Shown in pieces: positions 29,903 through 38,930 of a DNA stretch of 64,000 nucleotides. The notes beneath the pieces were generated by a model, which was not told the DNA's origin, made no database searches, and saw only the letters and a program-made list of their open reading frames with translations. The stretch comes from Pelagibacteraceae bacterium AG-337-I02 (GTDB taxonomy: Bacteria; Pseudomonadota; Alphaproteobacteria; HIMB59; GCA-002718135), in the NCBI GenBank assembly GCA_003282155.1, contig QBZY01000003.1, positions 27,115-91,114 on the forward strand, given 5' to 3'. The translations under genes and the position numbers were made by a program. Within the stretch, counting starts at the first letter, position 1; each line of letters starts with the position of its first letter.

Positions 29903-30780
29903 TAATTTGCTTCCTTTAGTTGTTTTATTTGTGAAGGTAATGAAACAATTCCGCTAAAAACAATAAAAACTGCTCCTATATAAGCATATAAATTCATATA
30001 TTCATTAAATACAAATATTCCAACTAATGATGACCACAATACCTGAAGATAAACTAAACTAAATACTGACGCATAATGTTTTTGAGCGATCTTAAAAGCA
30101 GTTGTTGCAAAAAACATTGCAGAATTAATAAATAATGCGGCAGTTGATATTAAAAAAAACTCAAAAAAAGTTACTTTTAATGGTTTCATTAAAAATAAAG
30201 GTATTGAAACAAAGTGAACAAAAAAACCACCATACAAGAAATAACCAATATTTGTTGTTACGTAACTATATTTATTTACAATAAAAGTTGTCACTGTGAT
30301 TAAGAATACTCCAATGAGGACAATTGTATAATAAATATTAAAACTTTCAAATCCCGGTTGGATAACAAATAAAACTCCTAAAAAACCAATAAACAAGGAC
30401 AGATAGGTCAAAAAATTTAATTTTTCATTTAATAAAAAAATTGCAAATATTGTTCCCATTAATGGCGCAGTCATATTTAAGGTTGTAAATTCTGGAAGTT
30501 TAATATGTTCAAGTGTTATAAAAGCTATGAACGGTAGGGGTATATTTAAAAAACCTCTAATAATAGGTGGAAAATAGTTAGTGCATTTTATATGTTTTTT
30601 TAAAGATCCATTAATTAAAAAATAAAACGGAAAACATAAAAAAATAGGTATTCCATAAAAAATGAAATGATAAAATTTTACATCTGTTTGAGATAAATAA
30701 TTTATTATTGCATCATTTGTTACAAAAAAAATACCTGCAAAAAATAATAAAATTGATGAATAAACAATACTTTTTTTCAT
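29902..30780 (-). CDS. DMT-superfamily (EamA-like) transporter
   Basis: Ten predicted hydrophobic segments, 292 aa. Paralog of the adjacent gene. Confidence 0.7.
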   Translation of the reverse strand: MKKSIVYSSILLFFAGIFFVTNDAIINYLSQTDVKFYHFIFYGIPIFLCFPFYFLINGSLKKHIKCTNYFPPIIRGFLNIPLPFIAFITLEHIKLPEFTTLNMTAPLMGTIFAIFLLNEKLNFLTYLSLFIGFLGVLFVIQPGFESFNIYYTIVLIGVFLITVTTFIVNKYSYVTTNIGYFLYGGFFVHFVSIPLFLMKPLKVTFFEFFLISTAALFINSAMFFATTAFKIAQKHYASVFSLVYLQVLWSSLVGIFVFNEYMNLYAYIGAVFIVFSGIVSLPSQIKQLKEAN

Positions 30781-30810
30781 TACATTAATAATTTAAATTA
30801 GATAATATCA

Positions 30811-31686
30811 TTAATAATCATTTAATTGTTTCTTTTGAGCTTGAAGAGATAATAAACCGCTAATAATAATGAATGACGCTCCTAAAATTACAATTATATT
30901 TTGATGTTCATTAAAAATAAATATACTAATTATAAAAGACCAAAATATTTGTAAATATAATAGACCAAAAACAGATGAAAAATGTTTCTGTGAATTTTGA
31001 AGAGCATAAGTAAAACAATAAAATCCAATAAATACAATAAAATTAGCAAACATAGATAATTTAATTAATTCAAAATCAATTAAAGGATCATAGTAAAATA
31101 ATATAAAGGACAATAAGTTAACGGGTAATACTCCGTATATAAAAAAACCCAAAGTAGAACATATGTTATAAAATTTGTTGGCTAAGAAACTTTGTAAGGC
31201 CAAAGTAAAAGCTCCAAACAATGGACCTAAGTAATATATATTAAAATTACTAAATCCTGGCTGAAGAATAAATAGAACACCTATAAAACCTAAGGTTATC
31301 GAAATTACTGTGAATAAATTAATTTTTTCTTTCAAAAAAATTATAGCCAAAATCATTCCTAAAATTGGTGATAACATATTTAATGTTGTCCATTCTGCTA
31401 AAGAAATATTTTGTAAACTTACAAATAATATAAATGGTATAGGTAAAAAAATTGTACCTCTTATAATTAAGATTGTGTAATTTGATGATGAAAGATATTT
31501 TTTTAAATTTCCTGAAAAGAATAAATATATAAATAATATAAATAATAATGGACTCCCAAAAACAACATGATGATAAAATTTAAAATTTAAATAAGATAAA
31601 TGATCAATAATTGCATCATGAATAACAAAAAATAAACCGCCACAAATTATTCCTGATGAACAGTATATTATTTGCTTATTCAACAT
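30811..31686 (-). CDS. DMT-superfamily (EamA-like) transporter, tandem paralog
   Basis: 291 aa. Colinear similarity by eye with 29902..30780, for example TTLNM.(A/S)P(L/I)(M/L)G and GF(L/I)GVLF(V/I)(I/L)QPGF(E/S)(S/N)FNIYY. Confidence 0.7.
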   Translation of the reverse strand: MLNKQIIYCSSGIICGGLFFVIHDAIIDHLSYLNFKFYHHVVFGSPLLFILFIYLFFSGNLKKYLSSSNYTILIIRGTIFLPIPFILFVSLQNISLAEWTTLNMLSPILGMILAIIFLKEKINLFTVISITLGFIGVLFILQPGFSNFNIYYLGPLFGAFTLALQSFLANKFYNICSTLGFFIYGVLPVNLLSFILFYYDPLIDFELIKLSMFANFIVFIGFYCFTYALQNSQKHFSSVFGLLYLQIFWSFIISIFIFNEHQNIIVILGASFIIISGLLSLQAQKKQLNDY

Positions 31687-31742
31687 ATTTTAAATAAAAA
31701 TTAGGATTGTATGTATAAAAAATTACTTATATTGTTAATCTC

Positions 31743-32039
31743 ATGAATACAAATGAAATAAAAACTTATCGCTTAATAATTAAAGGAAAAGTTCAAGGAG
31801 TTGGATTTAGACATTGGTTTAGTGATTTAGCAATCTCTTTAGGATTAAACGGTTATATTCAAAATAAAGAAAGTAAAGATGAGGTTGAAGCAATTATTCA
31901 AGGAGATATGCAAAGTATACTATCTATTACTGAAAAAGCGAAAGATGGTCCATCACTAGCTCTAGTTGAAGGAGTTATTCCAAATAGTATCATTAGTAAT
32001 GTTAAGTATTCAGGTTTTATAGTTAAATACGAAACTTAA
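31743..32039 (+). CDS. acyP: acylphosphatase
   Basis: 98 aa. Signature GKVQGVGFR and the second motif GYIQNKESKDEVEAIIQG. Confidence 0.8.
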   Translation: MNTNEIKTYRLIIKGKVQGVGFRHWFSDLAISLGLNGYIQNKESKDEVEAIIQGDMQSILSITEKAKDGPSLALVEGVIPNSIISNVKYSGFIVKYET

Positions 32040-33370
32040 TTAAAAACTTGTTTTATAGTTTTATGAAGCGAGTCAAATATTTCATCAATCTGATTTTTAG
32101 TAATTATAAACTGAGGACACAAAACAATTGCAGGACCTAAAGGTCTGCAAATTAATCCATTATCAATTGATAAATTAGCAACTTTATCCCCCATATTAAG
32201 ATGACCTTCAAATGGTTCTTTTGTATCTTTATTTTTTACCATTTCTAATGCAGCCATAAGACCTATACCTCTAGTTTCTCCAATGTGTTCAAAATCATTA
32301 AATTCATTTAATCTTTCAAAAAAATAGGGTTCCATCAACTTTACATTATCTAATAAACCCTCATTCATAATTACATCTATTGCTTTCAAAGCAATTGCAC
32401 ATCCAACAGGATGACCACCAGCTGTAAAACCATGTGGAAACTCTTCTGCCTCTTCTGATACTGCAACAAATTTATCTGAAAATTCTTTATTAACTATAAC
32501 TGCACCCATAGGAAAATATCCAGCTGTTAAACATTTAGATGAGATAATTATATCTGGTTTGATATTGTAGGTTTCACAACCCCATAAATTTCCAGTTCTA
32601 CCAAATCCACAAATTACTTCATCTGCAATAAAAGGAATATTATATTTTTTTAATATAGGCTGAACTAAATCAAAATATGATTTTGAAGGAGGTATACAAC
32701 CTCCGGCACCTTGAACAGGTTCTGCAACAAAACCTGCAATAGTTTCTGGATCCTCTTTGATGATTTTTTCTTCTAAATTTTTGGCCATTCTAAGAGAAAA
32801 TTCTTCTTCCGTTTCATTCTCTAATCCATATTTCCAATAATGAGGACATTCAATATGAATAAATTCTTCAGATGGTAAACCAAACTCTTTATTATATGGT
32901 TTAGCTGTCATTGAAGAAGCTCCTAATGTAACGCCATGATATCCATTAATTCTTGTTATAATTTTTCGTCTATTTGGCTTTCCAATTCTTGAATTTAACA
33001 TCCATAACATTTTGACGATGGTGTCATTTGCTTCAGATCCTGAATTACAAAAGAATACACGACCTTGGTCAAAAGGTGATACTTCAATAATTTTTTCAGA
33101 AAGCTGCAGCGTTTCTTCAGACAATCTTCCAAATAAAGAATGGTAACCAGCAAATTTTTCATACTGTTTTTTTGCAACTTCAATTAATCCAGGATGATCA
33201 AAACCAGCACACTGATTCCATAGACCAGAATTCCCATCTAGATATTTATTACCTTTAGTATCGTAAACATATATTCCTTTTCCATAAGAAATAACTAGAG
33301 GACCTCTTTCATTTAATGACTTTAAGTCAGTGAATCCATATAAATGTGTGAAAGTGTTTCTTTGTAACAT
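32036..33370 (-). CDS. class-III PLP-dependent aminotransferase (omega-amino acid:pyruvate type; substrate unknown)
   Basis: NSGSEAND, DEVICGFGRTG, and the PLP lysine in ISSKCLTAGYFPMG. 444 aa. Confidence 0.85.
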   Translation of the reverse strand: MLQRNTFTHLYGFTDLKSLNERGPLVISYGKGIYVYDTKGNKYLDGNSGLWNQCAGFDHPGLIEVAKKQYEKFAGYHSLFGRLSEETLQLSEKIIEVSPFDQGRVFFCNSGSEANDTIVKMLWMLNSRIGKPNRRKIITRINGYHGVTLGASSMTAKPYNKEFGLPSEEFIHIECPHYWKYGLENETEEEFSLRMAKNLEEKIIKEDPETIAGFVAEPVQGAGGCIPPSKSYFDLVQPILKKYNIPFIADEVICGFGRTGNLWGCETYNIKPDIIISSKCLTAGYFPMGAVIVNKEFSDKFVAVSEEAEEFPHGFTAGGHPVGCAIALKAIDVIMNEGLLDNVKLMEPYFFERLNEFNDFEHIGETRGIGLMAALEMVKNKDTKEPFEGHLNMGDKVANLSIDNGLICRPLGPAIVLCPQFIITKNQIDEIFDSLHKTIKQVFN

Positions 33371-33394
33371 TTCATTTAAATATTTTTTTTTATT

Positions 33395-34288
33395 ATGAAA
33401 AGCAAGATTTTATTTTCAGTTGGGACGATAGGTGTACTTTTTATGATGGCTGGCCAATTATCATTCTCTATAAATGATAGTTATGTCAAACTTGTTGTAA
33501 AAAATATAGGTGATGACAATTCATTATTTTGTGTAATTTTTTTAAGAGGTTTAGTAACATCAAGTCTATTAGGTTTATATTTAATTTTTTTCGAAAAAAA
33601 GAATTTAATTAAAATACTATCAATCAAAAGTTTTCATATAAGAGGATTGTATGAAGTTTTAACAGCGTTATTTTTTTTGGTTGGATTAATATTACTTCCA
33701 ATATCTGAGGTTTATACACTTTTAATGACTAATCCTTTCTTTGTCACGATATTTGCTTTTCTTTTTTTGGGAGAGAAGGTTGGAATAAGAAGATGGTGTG
33801 CGGTTATTATTGGGTTCTTAGGTGTGCTAGTAGTTGTAAATCCACAAAATTTTCAATTTAATTATCTTTTAGTGTTACCAATTTTAGCTGCTATTTTTTT
33901 AACTATTAGAGATATTGCTACAAAAAGTTTAGCAACTAAATCAAATAGTGTTGAAATTACATTTGTGACAGCATTATTAATAACTGGGTTTGCAGGGTTG
34001 GGTTCAATTATTTTTGGTTATCAAGTAAGCGGTGAAGATGTAAATTATATTCTTGCTTCTAGTATATTTGTTTTATTCGGATATTTATTTTCAGTATTAA
34101 CAGTTTTTTATGCACCACTCTCATTAACGGCTTCTGCAAGATACAGTGTAATTATATTTGGCATGATTTTTGGGTATTTAATACTAGGTGAAACTCCAAC
34201 TTATAATATGATTATTGGTGCAATAATTATTACATTAAGTGGTTTATTTGTAATTAAAAGAGAAAAAGAAACAGGTAAAATTAAATAA
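33395..34288 (+). CDS. DMT-superfamily (EamA-like) transporter
   Basis: 297 aa, ten hydrophobic segments. Divergent from the aminotransferase with a 24-nt spacer. Confidence 0.75.
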   Translation: MKSKILFSVGTIGVLFMMAGQLSFSINDSYVKLVVKNIGDDNSLFCVIFLRGLVTSSLLGLYLIFFEKKNLIKILSIKSFHIRGLYEVLTALFFLVGLILLPISEVYTLLMTNPFFVTIFAFLFLGEKVGIRRWCAVIIGFLGVLVVVNPQNFQFNYLLVLPILAAIFLTIRDIATKSLATKSNSVEITFVTALLITGFAGLGSIIFGYQVSGEDVNYILASSIFVLFGYLFSVLTVFYAPLSLTASARYSVIIFGMIFGYLILGETPTYNMIIGAIIITLSGLFVIKREKETGKIK

Positions 34289-34292
34289 AAAT

Positions 34293-34736
34293 TTACTGAT
34301 CCTTACAAAAATTATAAACTTCTTCAACATGACCTTTAACTTTGACTTTATTCCAAGAATTTAAAATTTTTCCATTTTTATCCATTACAAATGTAGATCT
34401 ATCTATCCCAAAATATTTCCTACCGTACATAGATTTTTCTATCCAAATACCCAGTTTATCACAATTTTTTCCTTCATCTGAACCAAGTGGGTATTTCAAT
34501 TTATACTTATCTGAAAATTTTTTATTCCGATCAACAGGATCTTTAGAAGCTCCTATTACATCAAAGCCAATTTTATTAAATTTTGTTAAATATTTCTGAA
34601 AGTCTGCAACTTCTACTGAGCATCCACCAGTTAACGCCTTAGGGTAAAAGAATAAAACTGTTTTATTCTTTAATTTAGATGAATCAAACTCATTGTCGTT
34701 TGTTAATAGAAGTTTTATCTTAGGAATTTTTTTCAT
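34293..34736 (-). CDS. bcp: thioredoxin-dependent thiol peroxidase (Bcp-type peroxiredoxin)
   Basis: Aligns along its length by eye with E. coli Bcp: VLFFYPKALTGGCSVE vs VLVYFYPKAMTPGCTVQ, DVIGASKD, GIDRSTFVMDKNGKI. Confidence 0.85.
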   Translation of the reverse strand: MKKIPKIKLLLTNDNEFDSSKLKNKTVLFFYPKALTGGCSVEVADFQKYLTKFNKIGFDVIGASKDPVDRNKKFSDKYKLKYPLGSDEGKNCDKLGIWIEKSMYGRKYFGIDRSTFVMDKNGKILNSWNKVKVKGHVEEVYNFCKDQ

Positions 34737-34738
34737 AA

Positions 34739-35860
34739 TTATACTACTAGTTTAAGACCGTAACCAGCTTTTTTAACTCTTGTTTTAAAATAATTTTTAT
34801 TAAATTTATTCAAGGTTGGCTTTGTATTTATTTGATTTTCGACTTTAATTCCAGCTTTCTTAATTGAATTAATTTTATTTTTATTATTTGTAATAAGATT
34901 AACTTTATTTATTTTTAATAATTTAAGTATTCTAGCTGCAATATTAAAATCTCTCTCATCATCTAAAAAACCAATATTATGATCGGCGTCTATTGTATCC
35001 ATACCTCTTGCTTGAAGAGAATAGGCTCTCATTTTATTAGCTAATCCTATTCCCCTACCTTCTTGTTCTAAATATAATATAATTCCACCATTATTTCTAA
35101 CCATGTAATTGATTGATTGATTTAATTGTTCACCACAATCACATTTTAAAGAATGAAAAATATCACCTGTAAAACAAGCTGAATGTATTCTTAAATTAAC
35201 AGATTTTTTATTTATTTTTTTTGGATTAACAATTATCGCTACATGTTTATCAGATCCAATATATGATTTAAATATTTTAAAATTAGAATTTTCATTTTTT
35301 GGTAATGGAACTTTTGCACTAGAAACTAATTTGATACTTTCACAAATTAATTCATTTTGCTTCAATAAATCTTTATAATCGAATATTAAAATTCCATTTT
35401 TAAATCCAAATTCATTTATATTTTTGTAATATTTTTTATTAATTTTTTTAAAAACTAGCGATGGTATCATTTTAGCATTTTTGGAAAGATCAATACAAAC
35501 ATTATGAAAATTTTTAGGTTTGAATTTTTTAATATTGGTAAATTTAATTACTTTATTATTGCTAAGAGGATTGACAAATAAATTTATTATTTGATTTACA
35601 TCTGTATTGGGATTTATCTCAAAATAAATATTGCTTTTAATATTCTTATTAAAAATTGATTGAGCTTTTTGTTTAGTAATAAGTAGATATTTTTCGTTAA
35701 TTAAGTGCTTATTGAATTGATTAAAAATTTTACTTTGGGAATGCTCTATATTAAAGAACATCCAATATTCCTTATTATTCTGAATTATTAACGGTCTTCC
35801 AGTCCTGAGTTCGTTAATTGCCCTATCTATTATAGTTCCTGTATTAGATTTGAAACTCAT
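34739..35860 (-). CDS. GTP cyclohydrolase II with a degenerate RibB-like N-terminal domain
   Basis: C-terminal half: RIHSACFTGDIFHSLKCDCG (Zn cysteines), LEQEGRGIGLANKMRAYSLQ, ITNNKNK. N-terminal half begins IDRAINELRTGRPLII but lacks the acidic DHBP-synthase active-site motif. The track start at 35896 is TTG. The first ATG is at 35858-35860. Confidence 0.8.
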   Translation of the reverse strand: MSFKSNTGTIIDRAINELRTGRPLIIQNNKEYWMFFNIEHSQSKIFNQFNKHLINEKYLLITKQKAQSIFNKNIKSNIYFEINPNTDVNQIINLFVNPLSNNKVIKFTNIKKFKPKNFHNVCIDLSKNAKMIPSLVFKKINKKYYKNINEFGFKNGILIFDYKDLLKQNELICESIKLVSSAKVPLPKNENSNFKIFKSYIGSDKHVAIIVNPKKINKKSVNLRIHSACFTGDIFHSLKCDCGEQLNQSINYMVRNNGGIILYLEQEGRGIGLANKMRAYSLQARGMDTIDADHNIGFLDDERDFNIAARILKLLKINKVNLITNNKNKINSIKKAGIKVENQINTKPTLNKFNKNYFKTRVKKAGYGLKLVV

Positions 35861-35896
35861 TGAAACTTTATATAGATATAATTGAAATAAAAACAA

Positions 35897-36730
35897 ATGA
35901 TTACATCAAAAAATATAGGAATTTTACTAGATTTTATAAATAATTCTAAAAAGAATAGTGATTTATATTTATTAGTTAAAAAAAATAGTATTTCTTTATC
36001 ATCAATAAGAAAAAGTAACTTTTACATAAAAAATAATAATCTGGAATCTAAAATTAAAATAAGTAAATTTTATCAATCAATCTTAAATATCCTTCTCCCG
36101 ATATTAAGAAAAAACAAAAAATTAGTTATAGCTCAGATAGGACAAAGTATAGATGGTAGAATTGCATTAAATAATGGAAATTCACATTACATAAATAATC
36201 CCAAGAGTATTATTTATCTACATTGTTTACGAAGTATCAGTGATGCAATTATTGTAGGCTCTAATACAATTAAAAAAGACGATCCCCTATTAACAACAAG
36301 AAAAATAAAGGGAACAAATCCAAAAAGAATTATTATCGATGGCAGTCTTTCGCTAAATAACAAATATAAAATATTTAATGACGGTAATGAAAATATAATT
36401 TTTACAAAAAGTAATAAAAATATTAGATTGAATAATTCAACAATAATAAGATTAAAAGAAAAAAATTTTACTAAAAACTTAATTACGCAAATAAAAAAAC
36501 TTAAATATAAAAATATTTTAGTGGAGGGAGGATCAAAAACTATTTCAGAGTTAATAAATAATAAATATATTGATATTCTTCAATTCATGATTGCCCCAAT
36601 ATTAATAGGTTCCGGAATTAATTCATTAAATTTAAAAGAAATTTCAAATCTCAATAAAGCTATGAGACCAAAACATAATTTTAATAAATTAGAAAATGAA
36701 ATTATTGTTAATTTATTTCTTAATAGCTAA
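35897..36730 (+). CDS. RibD C-terminal-domain (diaminohydroxyphosphoribosylaminopyrimidine-type) NADPH reductase homolog, no deaminase domain
   Basis: IAQIGQSIDGRIA, LHCLRSISDAIIVGSNTIKKDDPLLTTR, ILVEGGSKTISELI. About 70 aa of N-terminal extension with no motif I recognise. Confidence 0.7.
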   Translation: MITSKNIGILLDFINNSKKNSDLYLLVKKNSISLSSIRKSNFYIKNNNLESKIKISKFYQSILNILLPILRKNKKLVIAQIGQSIDGRIALNNGNSHYINNPKSIIYLHCLRSISDAIIVGSNTIKKDDPLLTTRKIKGTNPKRIIIDGSLSLNNKYKIFNDGNENIIFTKSNKNIRLNNSTIIRLKEKNFTKNLITQIKKLKYKNILVEGGSKTISELINNKYIDILQFMIAPILIGSGINSLNLKEISNLNKAMRPKHNFNKLENEIIVNLFLNS

Positions 36731-37501
36731 AAAATCTGTATTATTTAAAATAAATCTAGATTTTTTTTCTTTAATACATTTTAAACGAAATTTTAACCAA
36801 TCATCAAAGTTAAGTTTATTTTTTTGAATAATTTCTCTACAAAAATTTAAGAAATAAATTTGAAATTCAAAATTTTTACTAACATTCCATGTAGAGTCAA
36901 AAACATATGTTTTGTGAGTCCTTTTAAATACTTTATTTATTAATTCAGTGCAATTTGGGCCAACGGCCACTTCCCCTATTCCTTTGTCAGATTTTTGATC
37001 TTTATTAAAAATATTAAGAATTTTTTTATCATCCTTGTGTTTTGGAAAAAATTTAAAATTACCGTTATAATTTAAGGTAAAGTAGACAATTTCTGTATCA
37101 ACATTTAACTTATGAAAATTTTTAAACCATTTTTCTGGAATAATATCTAAAAAAGCAGATCCTGTAACTAAATTATAATCATTAAAACTTATTTTTTCTA
37201 GATTATTAATTACATCAACAATTTTAAAATTAGTTTTTTTAATTTTAGATGATAATTTAATATTTTTTTTAAAATAATTTGTTGATTGATGTGATATATC
37301 TACAAAAGACCAATATTGATAATTTGATAATCGTGACTTAAGAAATCTATAATTAGATCCAGCACCTGAACCTAAGTCAACTATTCTAATTTTTTTTTTA
37401 TTTTTAAAAAATTTATTAATTAAATATAATATTCTTTTGTTTCGTGAATTTCTATCGACACTTTCTCTAAGATTTAACCATTTATTTTGAAATTCATGCA
37501 T
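36713..37501 (-). CDS. class I SAM-dependent methyltransferase
   Basis: Motif I IVDLGSGAGSNY and post-I acidic residue (FVDIS). 262 aa. Confidence 0.7.
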   Translation of the reverse strand: MHEFQNKWLNLRESVDRNSRNKRILYLINKFFKNKKKIRIVDLGSGAGSNYRFLKSRLSNYQYWSFVDISHQSTNYFKKNIKLSSKIKKTNFKIVDVINNLEKISFNDYNLVTGSAFLDIIPEKWFKNFHKLNVDTEIVYFTLNYNGNFKFFPKHKDDKKILNIFNKDQKSDKGIGEVAVGPNCTELINKVFKRTHKTYVFDSTWNVSKNFEFQIYFLNFCREIIQKNKLNFDDWLKFRLKCIKEKKSRFILNNTDFLAIKK

Positions 37502-37502
37502 A

Positions 37503-38567
37503 TTAAATTAATTTAACAAATTTCTTAGCTGACTCTTGAGGAGTAAGAAGATATCTTTTATTTTTATGAATATTAATATTTAGTTTTTTAAAATTTTTTT
37601 TATTTAATATATTTTTAATAATTATATTTCTAAGATCATTTACTTCAAATTTTTTAAAATAAATAACACCCTTTTTTCCTAGTGTATTTAAGATAGTATT
37701 AGTAAAAAAGGTTATGATTGGCTTTTTAATTATTAATGCATTTGCTAAAGACATACCAAAACCTTCATATTTACTTACCGAAATGTAACAATCTGTTTTA
37801 GAATATAATTTAGCTAATTTTGTATCTGAAATAGTACCATGGAATTTTATTTTTCTGTTCATTGAATTTTTAGAAATAAATTTTTTGAGTTTTTTGTAAT
37901 AACCTATATCTCTTGTAGTATCACCAACAATTTCTAAAATAAAATGATCCAAAGGCTTTAAAACTTTTAATAAAAAAAAATAATTTTTTCTATTTATAAT
38001 ACTTCCACATGTTAAAAAATTAATTTTACTATTATTCTTAAAATTATATTTTACAAGTCTCTCTATACCAGGTTCAACTACAGAAATTTTATTATTTAGT
38101 ACCTTAAATTCATTTATTAATAAATTTTTTGTATTTTTAGATGTCACAATAAATTTGTTTATTTTTTTGAAATTTTCTTTTTCTAATCTTAAGAATTTTT
38201 TTGACCTTTGACCTTTAAATTCAAGATATAAAGGATGATGTATTAGCGCGATAACATTATAAGTTAGTATTTTTTTAAAAATTGAATACATTCCTTCTAA
38301 AGCTAATCCATCTATAATAATTTTTGAGTCAGGATCAATTTTATCTAAAATTTTTAAAAAATATTTTATATCGTTATTTGAAGGAAAAGGATAATTTTCA
38401 CTTAGAGCAATTGGTCTAATATCTATATCTCTTTTCTTTGCATATTCTAGGATATTTTTTTCATAAATGTATCCTCCAGTTTTTGCATTAATATTTCCTG
38501 GATATACAAAATAAATATAGGATTTATTTTTAGATAACCTCTTGTTCATATGATGCCCATGCAACAT
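37503..38567 (-). CDS. glycosyltransferase, GT4 (group 1) family
   Basis: C-terminal EGFGMSLANALIIKKPIITF (E-x7-E region) and GT-B-like length. An alternative ATG at 38549 is possible. Either start overlaps the upstream PTPS-like gene. Confidence 0.75.
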   Translation of the reverse strand: MLHGHHMNKRLSKNKSYIYFVYPGNINAKTGGYIYEKNILEYAKKRDIDIRPIALSENYPFPSNNDIKYFLKILDKIDPDSKIIIDGLALEGMYSIFKKILTYNVIALIHHPLYLEFKGQRSKKFLRLEKENFKKINKFIVTSKNTKNLLINEFKVLNNKISVVEPGIERLVKYNFKNNSKINFLTCGSIINRKNYFFLLKVLKPLDHFILEIVGDTTRDIGYYKKLKKFISKNSMNRKIKFHGTISDTKLAKLYSKTDCYISVSKYEGFGMSLANALIIKKPIITFFTNTILNTLGKKGVIYFKKFEVNDLRNIIIKNILNKKNFKKLNINIHKNKRYLLTPQESAKKFVKLI

Positions 38568-38928
38568 TTGATTCTTGCAAGGTTATTTTAATTTTTTTTA
38601 GAGATTTGTAATCATCAGAGAATTCATTTTTTAGTCTATTCAAGATCTTATTGCAAATATCCTCTGCTAAAAACTCTGTTGAGGTAATTTTTCCCTTAAA
38701 TTCATCAATTTCATCTAAATTTTGATAATTATATATTTTAAGAATATCTTTTAAAGTCGTGGACACTATTCCTAAATCCATAATTATATTGTATTTATTA
38801 AGTTTATCAGTGAAAAATTCAGCATCTACTAGATATGTAGCTCCATGCATATTTTGGGCAGGTCCAAATACTTCTCCAGGTAAAGAATGAGCTATTAGAA
38901 TATTTTCTCTTACTTTTATCGAATACAT
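38530..38928 (-). CDS. 6-pyruvoyl-tetrahydropterin synthase / QueD-fold protein, divergent active site
   Basis: By-eye alignment to E. coli QueD: IAHSLP vs AAHRLP, NMHGATYLV vs RLHGHSFMV, TSTEFLAEDI vs PTSEVLAKWI, ITLQESNVAWASY vs VMVKETCTAGCIY. Confidence 0.65.
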   Translation of the reverse strand: MYSIKVRENILIAHSLPGEVFGPAQNMHGATYLVDAEFFTDKLNKYNIIMDLGIVSTTLKDILKIYNYQNLDEIDEFKGKITSTEFLAEDICNKILNRLKNEFSDDYKSLKKIKITLQESNVAWASYEQEVI

Positions 38929-38930
38929 AA

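Noticed and set aside
29902-31686. Tandem EamA genes as a nucleotide-level repeat or recent duplication.
   Set aside because: Similarity is evident only at the protein level, roughly half the residues by eye. The DNA has diverged, so this is an old paralog pair and not a repeat element.
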